Source: an uncultured Bacilli bacterium (lineage in GTDB: Bacteria > Bacillota_I > Bacilli_A > RF39 > UBA660). From it: a stretch of 64,000 bases of DNA. The stretch lies in the NCBI GenBank assembly GCA_944372195.1, contig CALVYK010000004.1:9342-73341 (forward strand). The letters are read 5' to 3'. Numbering within the stretch: the first letter of the stretch is position 1; every line of letters starts with the position of its first letter. This document shows positions 51,391 through 61,014 of the stretch, piece after piece. The position numbers and the translations under genes are program-made. Under the pieces are notes generated by a model. It worked only from the letters and a program-made list of their open reading frames with translations, was not told the origin of the DNA and made no database searches.

Positions 51391-52125
51391 ATGAATAATG
51401 TATCATTTGCTTTTGTTTTAACTATATTAGCAGGATTATCGACAATGATTGGATCAATATTTATATTTAAGAAAAAAAATGAGAATGTAATAATTGGTTC
51501 TCTTTCTTTTGCATCAGGTGTAATGTTTACAGTATCAATTACTGACTTAATACCTGAATCATATAATTTGTTAATTAATATTTTCCCTAAATTTCCTGCT
51601 ATTTTATATATGTTAATATTTGTTGTAAGTGGTATCATATTTTCTATGCTAATTGATAAATATATACCAACAAATAATAATCTATATAGAGTAGGGGTAT
51701 TCGCTATGTTAGCTATTATTATTCATAATATTCCTGAAGGAATAGCAACATTTATGGCTACTAATACTAATATAATGTTAGGAATATCCTTAACTATAGC
51801 TATAGCATTGCATAATATACCAGAAGGTATTAGTATATCTATACCAATTTATTACGCTACTAATAGCAAATTAAAAGCATTATTTTACACATTTATATCA
51901 GCTATATCCGAACCATTTGGGGCATTATTAACTTATTTATTTTTAAGTAATTATATTAATGATCGAATTATGGGATTTTTATTTGGAATTATAGCAGGAA
52001 TTATGATTCATATTTCAATGTATGAATTACTTCCAACTTCTAAAAGCTATAATAAATTAAGTATAACCTATTTATTTTTTGCTTTAGGAGTAATAATTAT
52101 GTTAATAAATCATTTTGCTTTTTAA
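51391..52125 (+). CDS. ZIP family metal transporter (ZupT-like)
   Basis: HNIPEG twice, EPFGA, GIM..IS..ELLP. Confidence 0.9.
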   Translation: MNNVSFAFVLTILAGLSTMIGSIFIFKKKNENVIIGSLSFASGVMFTVSITDLIPESYNLLINIFPKFPAILYMLIFVVSGIIFSMLIDKYIPTNNNLYRVGVFAMLAIIIHNIPEGIATFMATNTNIMLGISLTIAIALHNIPEGISISIPIYYATNSKLKALFYTFISAISEPFGALLTYLFLSNYINDRIMGFLFGIIAGIMIHISMYELLPTSKSYNKLSITYLFFALGVIIMLINHFAF

Positions 52126-52189
52126 AATGAAATAGGGGATTTCAAAAGAAAAAAGACCTTAAAATCGTCTTTTTTTCTTGGGTTAAAAC

Positions 52190-52321
52190 TTATTCAAAAT
52201 CATAATTTGAAGAAGTATTAGCACTTGTAGTTTCTTGTTTGTTCATGTTAGATTCCATTTTTTTGTTATCTTTGCATGACTTATTAGAATTACAATTTTT
52301 TGCTTGTTTATTCTTTTTCAT
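52190..52321 (-). CDS. Small hydrophilic 43-aa protein (MKKNKQAKNCNSNKSCKDNKK...NYDFE)
   Basis: GGGTGA RBS; terminator hairpin at 52146-52179; absent from the ORF track. Confidence 0.6.
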   Translation of the reverse strand: MKKNKQAKNCNSNKSCKDNKKMESNMNKQETTSANTSSNYDFE

Positions 52322-52571
52322 TTTATCACCCATTAATATTATTAACATTTTATTTAAATTTATTTATTAATATTATTGTTAAAATATGGAATTAATTAAA
52401 ATATACAATACAAATAAATATTACTTATTTTTACATTTATAGTCTTATTTATGTTATAATAAATATATAAATAACATATTATTATAGTATTTATTTAAAA
52501 ATACGTTAGTTAACATAATATATATTATCGGAAGTTAAATAATTATTAAAAAGACATATAATAGTGTCTTT

Positions 52572-53510
52572 TTATAATGCCAAAATAAATAATTCTAATC
52601 CTAATTGTTTATCTATTTTACCAGTTTTAATAGATATATCTAAATCAGCTAATTGTTTTAAATAATTTAATAATATATTTGAATCATATTTTTTTGAATT
52701 TTGATTTGCTAATTTAACTCTATATGGATGTATTTTTAAAATACTAGCAATATTATTTTCCGTATATCCGTTTAAATATAGTTGTTTTACTTGATACATT
52801 ATCCTTATCTGATTTGCTAAAGCAATTATAATAGCAATTGGTTCTTCATTTAATTTAATTCGATCTTGATATAATGTAAATGCATCATTTTTATTTTTAT
52901 TTATAATAGCATCAATCAATTTAAAATTATTTACTTCTAATGATTTTGATACTAAATTAGTTATATCTTCTTTAGTTATTTTTTTGTCTTTATCCTTATA
53001 TATTTTTATTTTATCAATTTCCGTAGCAAGTAGGGTGGTATCATCCCCTACTCGTTCTAACAAATATTTTATATTATCAGTTGATATATTATATTCACCA
53101 AATAATTCTTTTACTAGTGAAATATTATCAATATTATTAAATTCTTTAACAATACCTATTTTTTTAATTAATTTAGTTATTTTTTTTCTTTCATCTAATT
53201 TATCATTATTAACAATGAAAATTAAAATTGTATTATCATTTATATTATTTAAATAATTTTCTAAAATTGTTGAATCTTGTTCTAAAGATTTTTTAGTTGT
53301 TCCAGTAAATATATAACTATTATTAACAATAATAATTTTTTTATCATCAAATAATGACATACTACTAGCATCATTAATTATATCTGTTAAATATGTATTA
53401 GTTAAATCATATTTATTTATATTTATTTCATCAATTTTATTATCTTTAATTATTTTATCTATTTCTTTATTTATTAAATAATTAATTGATCCATATAATA
53501 TATATACCAT
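52572..53510 (-). CDS. holA: DNA polymerase III delta subunit
   Basis: VYILYG, SLF.DKK, LDERKK..K, EIDKI, HPYRVK, K.GKID..L.LELF. Confidence 0.92.
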   Translation of the reverse strand: MVYILYGSINYLINKEIDKIIKDNKIDEININKYDLTNTYLTDIINDASSMSLFDDKKIIIVNNSYIFTGTTKKSLEQDSTILENYLNNINDNTILIFIVNNDKLDERKKITKLIKKIGIVKEFNNIDNISLVKELFGEYNISTDNIKYLLERVGDDTTLLATEIDKIKIYKDKDKKITKEDITNLVSKSLEVNNFKLIDAIINKNKNDAFTLYQDRIKLNEEPIAIIIALANQIRIMYQVKQLYLNGYTENNIASILKIHPYRVKLANQNSKKYDSNILLNYLKQLADLDISIKTGKIDKQLGLELFILAL

Positions 53511-53567
53511 ACCACTCACCTACTTCATTATACTATAAATTTAGTAAAAATAAAAGTAAATTTGTAG

Positions 53568-53848
53568 TTGACAAAATATAATAATTAATTTATAATTAAT
53601 ATTGAGATATATTTAATAGTTAGGTGTTTTGCTCCGTATGAAACGGAGGTGATCTTTATGAATTTTAAATTAAACGAAAGGAATAAAGATGCAATTAATT
53701 ATTGTATTTGCAATAATTGTGTTTTATACAGTTGTTGCTTTAAATAACAAAAATTAAAATTTAAAACACCGAATCATCATCGAAACGGTGTTTTCCCAAA
53801 AATTTTGAGCAAACATCTAATACAGGAATATTAAATGTATCTCTTTTT
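53568..53848 (+). other. Third type I toxin-antitoxin-like mRNA unit
   Basis: TTGACA-17-TATAAT (53568-53596); 5' end 53604-53634 pairs with 53807-53843; SD-sequestering hairpin CTCCGT..ACGGAG. Confidence 0.7.
53689..53757 (+). CDS. Putative type I toxin peptide MQLIIVFAIIVFYTVVALNNKN, or the 3' part of a frameshifted 32-aa toxin starting at 53658
   Basis: GAAAGGA upstream; single TM helix; overlapped by an out-of-frame ORF 53658-53747 that has a GGAGGTG RBS. Confidence 0.55.
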   Translation: MQLIIVFAIIVFYTVVALNNKN

Positions 53849-53872
53849 ATTGTATGAAATTTCTTTCATCTA
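53750..53872 (-). ncRNA. Putative antisense antitoxin RNA
   Basis: Minus-strand consensus promoter TTGACA(53906-01)-17-TATAAT(53883-78); 5' GAAA-loop hairpin; terminator AAAACACCG..CGGTGTTTT. Confidence 0.65.
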
Positions 53873-53907
53873 TATACATTATATAACATATAATTAATTT
53901 TGTCAAA

Positions 53908-53950
53908 TAATTACAAAAATGTTAATTACAAAAATGTTAATTACAAAAAT
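53908..53950 (+). repeat. 15-bp tandem repeat TAATTACAAAAATGT, about 2.9 copies
   Basis: Seen directly. Confidence 0.85.
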
Positions 53951-54007
53951 TTATTTACATAAACATATTAAAAAACACCAATTGTTATTAATTGATGTTT
54001 TTTTTAA

Positions 54008-54649
54008 TTAATTTTTTCTTTTTCCAAATAAACTTAATAATTTTAAGAATAAGTTAATAAAATCTAAATATAATTCTAATGCTCCATAAATGGCCAAATT
54101 ATCTTGCGGGAATGTATCTAAATTATATTTTACTTTTTGAATATCGTAAGCTGTATAACCTAAAAATATAACAATTCCTACTATAGTAAGTATTAAATCA
54201 AAAGTTTCATTACCAATAAACATATTGATTAAGCTGCAAATTACAATTGCCAATAAGCCCATAAATAAAAATGTACTAAATTTGCTTAAATCAATTTTAG
54301 TAAAATGTCCTATTAGTGCAAAAATCCCAAACAATAATGCAGTAATTCCAAAAATATAAATCATTGAATATAATTCATAAGCTAAAAATAAATAAGAAAA
54401 TGTAAGCCCTGTTACGAATGAATAAAGTAAAAAACACATTTTAGCAGCAGTACTGCTCATAGTACGTATTTTAAGCGAAAAAAATATAACTAATCCTATT
54501 TCAATTATTGCATAGATAATAAATGGTACTTGAGCCACTAACAATAAAACATCATAACTATTAGATACCACATATCCTGTTAAAAATGTTACTAATAATC
54601 CCATGAACATCCAGCCAAACATTTTAGAATAAACTTCTCTTAATTCCAT
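54008..54649 (-). CDS. Bax inhibitor-1/YccA family membrane protein
   Basis: YTAYDIQK, GALELYLDFINLF. Confidence 0.92.
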   Translation of the reverse strand: MELREVYSKMFGWMFMGLLVTFLTGYVVSNSYDVLLLVAQVPFIIYAIIEIGLVIFFSLKIRTMSSTAAKMCFLLYSFVTGLTFSYLFLAYELYSMIYIFGITALLFGIFALIGHFTKIDLSKFSTFLFMGLLAIVICSLINMFIGNETFDLILTIVGIVIFLGYTAYDIQKVKYNLDTFPQDNLAIYGALELYLDFINLFLKLLSLFGKRKN

Positions 54650-54709
54650 ATAAATTCCTCCTACTATTAATTATATCATAATATAAATAAAAAAGCATCC
54701 AAAATTCTT

Positions 54710-56071
54710 TTATATTTCAAAATAGAAAGTTGTACCTTTATCTAGTTTACTTTCTACACCATATTTAAATTTATGGCTTTCTAATATCGTTTTAACAATC
54801 GATAAACCAATACCAGTACCAATAACATTTCTTTTATGTTTCTTCTTAGAATGATAGTATTTTTCCCAAATATGAGGTAAATCTTCTTTCTTAATTCCTT
54901 TACCAGTATCTTTAATTTCAACTCTTATTTTTTCACCTTTAATTACATTAATAATTACCTTATTATCTTCGCCGGTATAATTGATTGCATTATTAATTAA
55001 ATTATAAATAACCTGCTCTATTTTCTTTTTATCGGCATTAATAATTACTTCTTTAGGAGTATTTACTTCAAATATATATCCTTCAGTTTCTTTATAAATA
55101 CTATATCTTTTAATAATATTATTAATTAACGTAACTAAATCAAATTCTTCTTTATTAATAGTGTCTTTATTAGCTTGAATTTTAGATAAAGTTAAAAGAT
55201 CTTCAACTAGTATATTTAAACGTTCTGATTCTTCTATTATAACATTTAAATTAGCATTTCTTTTTTCCTCATTATTATAATTTAAATCTCTAATCATTTC
55301 AGCATAACCTTTAATCATAGTAAGCGGTGTTTTAAGATCATGTGATACATTAGCTAATAAATCTCTTCGTAGTTCATCAGTATGTTCTAGTTCATTTTTA
55401 GCATAATTTAAAGTATCAGCAAGTTCATCAATTTCAGATATTTTAGAATTATTATCAAATTTAAAATTATAATTACCATTAGCTAATTTTAAAGCATTTT
55501 CATTCATTTTTTCAATCGGTTTACTAATTCTTTTAGATATAAAATAACCAATAATAAGAGCAAGAATTGAAACTATAATTGTAACAATTATTAACTGATT
55601 AGATAATATAGAAATAGTATTATCTAATGGTTCTAACGAAGCATTGACAAATATAGTAATATCATCATTATATTTTTGGGCATATATCAGTGTTTTTGTA
55701 TCAAATAATGGATTAATTAATTTATATGTTTTTTCGTTTACATCACTATTATAAAAATCATTTTTATATTGATAATTACTAATTAAGCATCCCCTATTTG
55801 ATTCATTAGAACTATAGATAGTCATCCTCTTTTTAACTATTTCAATACATACATTATCTTCATAAGATATTTTATCTAAATATGTGACATCTTCATCATA
55901 ATTTCTAATAATTTCCAAAGTTGTTTTTTTTATTTGATCTGCTTTACTAAGTTCATAATATTTATTTATAAGAATTACTTGAAATAACCATAAAAATAAA
56001 ACTATTATAAACGTAAAAATAATCAAATAAAACCAAATATGTTTTTTTAAAGAATTTTTATTTAATTTCAA
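54710..56071 (-). CDS. HAMP-domain sensor histidine kinase
   Basis: NVSHDLKTPL, NLINNAINY, DTGKGI, GTGIGL. Confidence 0.95.
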   Translation of the reverse strand: MKLNKNSLKKHIWFYLIIFTFIIVLFLWLFQVILINKYYELSKADQIKKTTLEIIRNYDEDVTYLDKISYEDNVCIEIVKKRMTIYSSNESNRGCLISNYQYKNDFYNSDVNEKTYKLINPLFDTKTLIYAQKYNDDITIFVNASLEPLDNTISILSNQLIIVTIIVSILALIIGYFISKRISKPIEKMNENALKLANGNYNFKFDNNSKISEIDELADTLNYAKNELEHTDELRRDLLANVSHDLKTPLTMIKGYAEMIRDLNYNNEEKRNANLNVIIEESERLNILVEDLLTLSKIQANKDTINKEEFDLVTLINNIIKRYSIYKETEGYIFEVNTPKEVIINADKKKIEQVIYNLINNAINYTGEDNKVIINVIKGEKIRVEIKDTGKGIKKEDLPHIWEKYYHSKKKHKRNVIGTGIGLSIVKTILESHKFKYGVESKLDKGTTFYFEI

Positions 56072-56714
56072 ATTTATAACCCATTCCTCTTACAGTTTGA
56101 ATTAAATCACGATAATCGCCCAAATTATTTCTTAACATTTTAATATGCGTATCGATAGTACGATCGTCGCCATAAAAATCATAACCCCATATTTTAGATA
56201 ACAACTCTTCTCTAGATAATGCAATGTTTTTATTATTTATAAAATAAACTAATAAATCATATTCTTTAGGAGTTAATTTTACTTCTTCATCTTTTATATA
56301 AACAACATGTCCTTTAAAATCAACTTTTAAATCTTGATATATATAAATATCGGTTAAATTATTAAATCTTTTCGTAACAGCTTTTATTCTAGCCATTAGT
56401 TCTTTAGGGCTAAATGGTTTAGTGACATAATCATCAACCCCCATATCGAACCCAATTAATTTATCATATTCTTCATTTCGAGCAGATAAAATTATAGTTG
56501 GAATATTATATTTTTTAAATTCATTATAAGCTGTTAGACCGTCCATATTAGGCATCATTATATCTAATACTAAAATATCAACTTTATTATCTTTTATTAT
56601 ATCTAAAGCTTCTTTACCATCTGAAGCTTCTAAAACATTATAGCCTTCATTTAAACAATATTCTTTTATTAAAATTCTAATTCTTTCCTCATCATCTACT
56701 ATTAATACGGTCAT
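56058..56714 (-). CDS. OmpR-family response regulator
   Basis: VDDE, LDIMMP, KPF, LTPKEYDLL, RTIDTHIK, TVRG.GY. Confidence 0.95.
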   Translation of the reverse strand: MTVLIVDDEERIRILIKEYCLNEGYNVLEASDGKEALDIIKDNKVDILVLDIMMPNMDGLTAYNEFKKYNIPTIILSARNEEYDKLIGFDMGVDDYVTKPFSPKELMARIKAVTKRFNNLTDIYIYQDLKVDFKGHVVYIKDEEVKLTPKEYDLLVYFINNKNIALSREELLSKIWGYDFYGDDRTIDTHIKMLRNNLGDYRDLIQTVRGMGYKFEIK

Positions 56715-56786
56715 AAAATCACCTCTATTTAATTATACACTAAAAATGTGAAATATAAATGAAAAAATAGATTTGAAAAATCAAAT

Positions 56787-57233
56787 CTATTTAGCTTTAT
56801 TTAATGCATCTTCTAATGCTGCATATAATGCATCTACTCTAATTGTACAAGTACTTACTGCATCTGTATAACCATCTTCATCAACGTTTAAGAAATCAAT
56901 TCCTTGATTATCAATTACAGCTTGTTCTAATGCTTCAACTTGTTCATACCATTCGTATTCAGCCTCACCATAACTACTATTACCTTTTTTCATTCCATAT
57001 TCATTTCCTAATGTTTTTTTAGTAGTTTCTACTCCATCTTTTGTATATGTAGTATCTAAATATACATCAGTAATTTTACCTTCAGCATCAATAGTAACTT
57101 TAGCAGTTGCGGTATTTTCTTCACCACCATAATTATCTACCGCGCTACCTTCATATGTTCCTTCTTTTAACGATTTAGATCCACATCCGGTAAGTAAAAC
57201 TGTAACCAATAATAAACTTAAAAACTTTTTCAT
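56787..57233 (-). CDS. FMN-binding lipoprotein (PplA-like)
   Basis: Lipobox LTGC; EGTYEG; EWYEQ; DAVSTCT flavinylation-like motif. Confidence 0.75.
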   Translation of the reverse strand: MKKFLSLLLVTVLLTGCGSKSLKEGTYEGSAVDNYGGEENTATAKVTIDAEGKITDVYLDTTYTKDGVETTKKTLGNEYGMKKGNSSYGEAEYEWYEQVEALEQAVIDNQGIDFLNVDEDGYTDAVSTCTIRVDALYAALEDALNKAK

Positions 57234-57268
57234 ATATAATCCTCCTATAATTAAATTATATATTAAAA

Positions 57269-57772
57269 CTATTCAAAAGACAACACTTCATCATAAAATT
57301 TTATCAATTGTTTACAAATCAAACCTACTAATATACCTGTTGGAATTGAAAATAATAGTAACCAAGGTAAATAATATATCATCGAACTCATTTGTAATAA
57401 TAAAATAGATGTTAAGACTTGACCTGTACTATGAGCAATAGATCCCATAATACTAACACCAACAATAGATAATTTTAAAAATTTTTTAGTTAAATACATA
57501 CAAATTATGCTTAATAATACTCCACCTAAACTAAAGAAAAAAGTTGTACTAAATAAACCAGTTCTTAAAATACCAACTAAAAATACTCTTAAAATACCAA
57601 TATAAAAAGCATCTTTTAAGCTAAATTGATAAATTATAAACAATGTCACAATATTAGCTAGTCCTAGTTTCAATCCTGGTATATAACCATTAAACAAAGG
57701 TAAGCTAGCTTCTATTACATTTAAAGCAACAGATAATGCTAATAACATTGATAGTCTTGTAAATTTTTTCAA
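57269..57772 (-). CDS. Gx transporter family / EetB-like membrane protein
   Basis: PGLKLGLAN, GVSI.G...H..GQ, YYLP.L. Confidence 0.88.
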   Translation of the reverse strand: MKKFTRLSMLLALSVALNVIEASLPLFNGYIPGLKLGLANIVTLFIIYQFSLKDAFYIGILRVFLVGILRTGLFSTTFFFSLGGVLLSIICMYLTKKFLKLSIVGVSIMGSIAHSTGQVLTSILLLQMSSMIYYLPWLLLFSIPTGILVGLICKQLIKFYDEVLSFE

Positions 57773-57773
57773 G

Positions 57774-58124
57774 TTAACTCACCTCAGTATCTAATTCATT
57801 ATTTGGTAATTCAATTATTATTTTATTTGGTAGGCAAACAATCGATTCACCACTTTTAGAGATAAACCCTTGTTTAGAACATAAATGATATGGACTATTT
57901 TCTTCTACTACTCTTATTTGATTATTCAAAACTTCGATTACTACTTTACCATTTTCACCATCTACTTCATATGTTTTATCAACACTTAAATCGATTTCTA
58001 ATAGTAGTTCATTTTCAAAATACACATTAGCTATATTAGCTTTTTTTCTAAACAAAGAAAAAGAAAATAATATAATAATTACCATTAAAACAATAACTAT
58101 TAATTTTATATCATTTTTATTCAT
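57774..58124 (-). CDS. NusG domain II / EetA-like protein
   Basis: SPYHLCSKQG.I....ESIVCLPN. Confidence 0.88.
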   Translation of the reverse strand: MNKNDIKLIVIVLMVIIILFSFSLFRKKANIANVYFENELLLEIDLSVDKTYEVDGENGKVVIEVLNNQIRVVEENSPYHLCSKQGFISKSGESIVCLPNKIIIELPNNELDTEVS

Positions 58125-59028
58125 AATTATCACTTTTTATAATTTGATCATCATTAGTAAACCAAATAGCTTTAACATCATAGTCTTTTATAAATTCTTT
58201 TCCTTTATCGATATCCATTAAAAATAAAGTAGTTGATAAAATATCACATAGTCCACTATCTTTACCTATAACAGTTACACTTTTCATATTGTTAGCAGGA
58301 TATAAAGTGTTAGGATCAATAATATGGTGATACATTACACCATTATACTCATAAAATCTTTCATAGCCGCCAGAAGTTACAACACTAATATTTTCACCTT
58401 TAACAATTTCAAATGTTTCATTACTTATTGGACTAGCAATACCAATATTATAATATCCTTTATTACTTTTTCCTGCTTTTACATTACCTCCAGCATTAAT
58501 TAAATAATAATCAATACCAACGCTTTCTAAATAATTACCGGCTTTTTCCGTAACGTAACCTTTAACAATAGAACCTAAATCAATATTAACTTTATCATTT
58601 AATATTTTATCATCTTCCATTTTTAAATGTTCTATTTTTACATCATCTAAATTAGGTAAACTAACTGGATTTTCTCTAAAATCGTGCCATATTTTAGTTA
58701 AATTACCAATATTAATATTTAATAATCCATCGGTTTTAATATCCCATTCATAACCAATTTTAATTAATTCTAATAATTCATTCGATATTTCATAATTAAC
58801 ATCATCATTTAATTTAGATAACTCACTATTAGGATCATAAAAATCAGTTAATTCTTCATATTTTTGATATAATTTATCTAAATAATCAAATACTTCATTA
58901 GCTTTTGTTTCACTTACATTATATAATTTAATATTTATAATAGTGTCCATATAAAATAAATTTTTACTATATTCTTGTTTGCTACAACCAGTTAATAATA
59001 GCAAAAAAATTAATAATACTTTCTTCAT
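58117..59028 (-). CDS. apbE: FAD:protein FMN transferase (ApbE/FmnB) lipoprotein
   Basis: Lipobox LTGC; MDT; DLGSIVKGY; NAGGNV; TSGGYER; HHIIDP. Confidence 0.93.
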   Translation of the reverse strand: MKKVLLIFLLLLTGCSKQEYSKNLFYMDTIINIKLYNVSETKANEVFDYLDKLYQKYEELTDFYDPNSELSKLNDDVNYEISNELLELIKIGYEWDIKTDGLLNINIGNLTKIWHDFRENPVSLPNLDDVKIEHLKMEDDKILNDKVNIDLGSIVKGYVTEKAGNYLESVGIDYYLINAGGNVKAGKSNKGYYNIGIASPISNETFEIVKGENISVVTSGGYERFYEYNGVMYHHIIDPNTLYPANNMKSVTVIGKDSGLCDILSTTLFLMDIDKGKEFIKDYDVKAIWFTNDDQIIKSDNYE

Positions 59029-59069
59029 ATTCATCACTATCTAATTATAACAAAAAAAGACAAAATTTT

Positions 59070-60260
59070 CTAGATAATTTCATCTTTAATATTTTTATTA
59101 TTTAAAACATTTACTAAATAATCTATTTCTTCTTTAGTATTATAAAAATATAAACTTATTCTGCATGTATTTTTTATACCTAATTCGTCTTTTAATATTT
59201 TAGCGCAGTGATTACCAGCTCTTACACAAATATTATATTTATTTAAATAAATGGCTAAATCTTGAGCAAATATATCTTTAATATTAAAAGCTATGATCCC
59301 ACTTTCACTATTTTCATTATAAATAATAATATCTTTTACGTTTTTTAATTTATTGACAGCATATTTTTTTAAATCTTTTTCATAATTTGATATATTATCC
59401 ATTCCAATATTATTTAAATATTTAATAGCTTCACCTAATCCTATTACACCAGCAATATTAGGAGTACCTGCTTCTAATAAAGAAGGAATTTCATTATATA
59501 CTCTAGTTCCATCAAATTGAAAACTAGCATTCATCCCACCGCCAAATATAATTGGTTTAATATTATTTAATAATTCTTCTTTACCATATAAAACACCAAC
59601 ACCTGTTGGACCTAACATTTTATGAGCCGAAAAAGCTAAAAAGTCGATATCTAAATCTTGGACATCTATCTTAGTATGCGCTACACTTTGAGCTCCGTCA
59701 ATAATAACTAATATGTTTTTACTATGGGCATATTTTATTATCTCTTTAATAGGTCGAATATCCCCTACTACATTAGTAATATGCGCTATGCTAATTACTT
59801 TAGTTTTATCAGTAATACTATTTTTAACATTATCTAAAGTAACTTCTAAATTAGTTAAAGGAATATAATTTACTTTAATATTTTTTTCATCTTTTAATTC
59901 AAACCAAGGTAGTACATTAGAAGCATGTTCACTTTTAGTAATTAAAACTTCATCATTTTCTTTTAAATAATTTCTAAAAAATCCAAATATTATTTTATTT
60001 AACGAATCAGTAGCTCCACTAGTAAATATAATTTCTTTATTTTTTTTAGCATTTATAAACTCTTTTACTAATGTTCTAGTACCTTCATATTTATTATCAA
60101 CTTCAAGTGATAAATCATAGTCACCACGATGAGCATTAGCACTATAATTATTATAATAATCTGATATACTATTAGCTATACATCTTGGCTTTAATGAAGT
60201 AGCTCCATTATCGAAATATATTATATTTTTAGTTAAAATATTGAAATCATCACGATTCAT
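59070..60260 (-). CDS. sufS: Cysteine desulfurase SufS
   Basis: YFDNGAT, EHASN, DGAQ, SAHKMLGPTG, EAGTP, RAGNHCA. Confidence 0.93.
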   Translation of the reverse strand: MNRDDFNILTKNIIYFDNGATSLKPRCIANSISDYYNNYSANAHRGDYDLSLEVDNKYEGTRTLVKEFINAKKNKEIIFTSGATDSLNKIIFGFFRNYLKENDEVLITKSEHASNVLPWFELKDEKNIKVNYIPLTNLEVTLDNVKNSITDKTKVISIAHITNVVGDIRPIKEIIKYAHSKNILVIIDGAQSVAHTKIDVQDLDIDFLAFSAHKMLGPTGVGVLYGKEELLNNIKPIIFGGGMNASFQFDGTRVYNEIPSLLEAGTPNIAGVIGLGEAIKYLNNIGMDNISNYEKDLKKYAVNKLKNVKDIIIYNENSESGIIAFNIKDIFAQDLAIYLNKYNICVRAGNHCAKILKDELGIKNTCRISLYFYNTKEEIDYLVNVLNNKNIKDEII

Positions 60261-60264
60261 TTTT

Positions 60265-61014
60265 TCACCTCCAATACTTTTTAAAATAATTAGCTAAAGT
60301 TTTATTTAATTTATTTTTAATAAAACCTTCTATTAATAATTTATTTGCACTTTCTTTATCAATACCTAATCTTTGCATATAAAATAATTCTTCATCTTTA
60401 AACGAACCAATTAAAGCACTATGATTAGCAATTGTATCTACTTCATCAATTAATAAATTAGGTCTTATTAAACATTCTTTATCTGTTAAATTGATTATTC
60501 TGTTTTGTTGGTTAACTACACAATTTTTATTGCCATTTAAAACATAAGAAGTAACTGTAAAATATAAATTACCACTTATATTAACACCATTAGTTATAAT
60601 GTCACTTGTAGTGTTTTTATTATTATGGTTAACGACAACATCATATTTTTCATTATTTTTACAAACAGTTTTTAAAATAAAATTAACTTTAGAATTTATA
60701 CCATTTAAATCAATTATATTTCGTTCGTTTATAATATCACTATCACTTATTTCCGTAATATTTAATATACTATTTTCATTTAATTTATATTTAGTTAATA
60801 TTTTAGTTTTGTTTTTTTTAATTACAACCAAATCCAATTTAACATTATCTAATAATTCAACATTTACATCTAATTTAATTTCTTTATCAATTATTAATTC
60901 TAGTTTAGTGTTTTTGATTACTATTAATTTTAATTTGTTTATTATATCTTCTTTATATTTGTATTCGATATTTTTTAAATCAAATTGATTATTAGATATT
61001 ATTATTCTATTCAT
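60265..61014 (-). CDS. sufD: SufD family Fe-S assembly protein
   Basis: PNLLIDE....ANHSA.IG..ELFYM..GI; lies between sufC and sufS. Confidence 0.85.
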   Translation of the reverse strand: MNRIIISNNQFDLKNIEYKYKEDIINKLKLIVIKNTKLELIIDKEIKLDVNVELLDNVKLDLVVIKKNKTKILTKYKLNENSILNITEISDSDIINERNIIDLNGINSKVNFILKTVCKNNEKYDVVVNHNNKNTTSDIITNGVNISGNLYFTVTSYVLNGNKNCVVNQQNRIINLTDKECLIRPNLLIDEVDTIANHSALIGSFKDEELFYMQRLGIDKESANKLLIEGFIKNKLNKTLANYFKKYWR

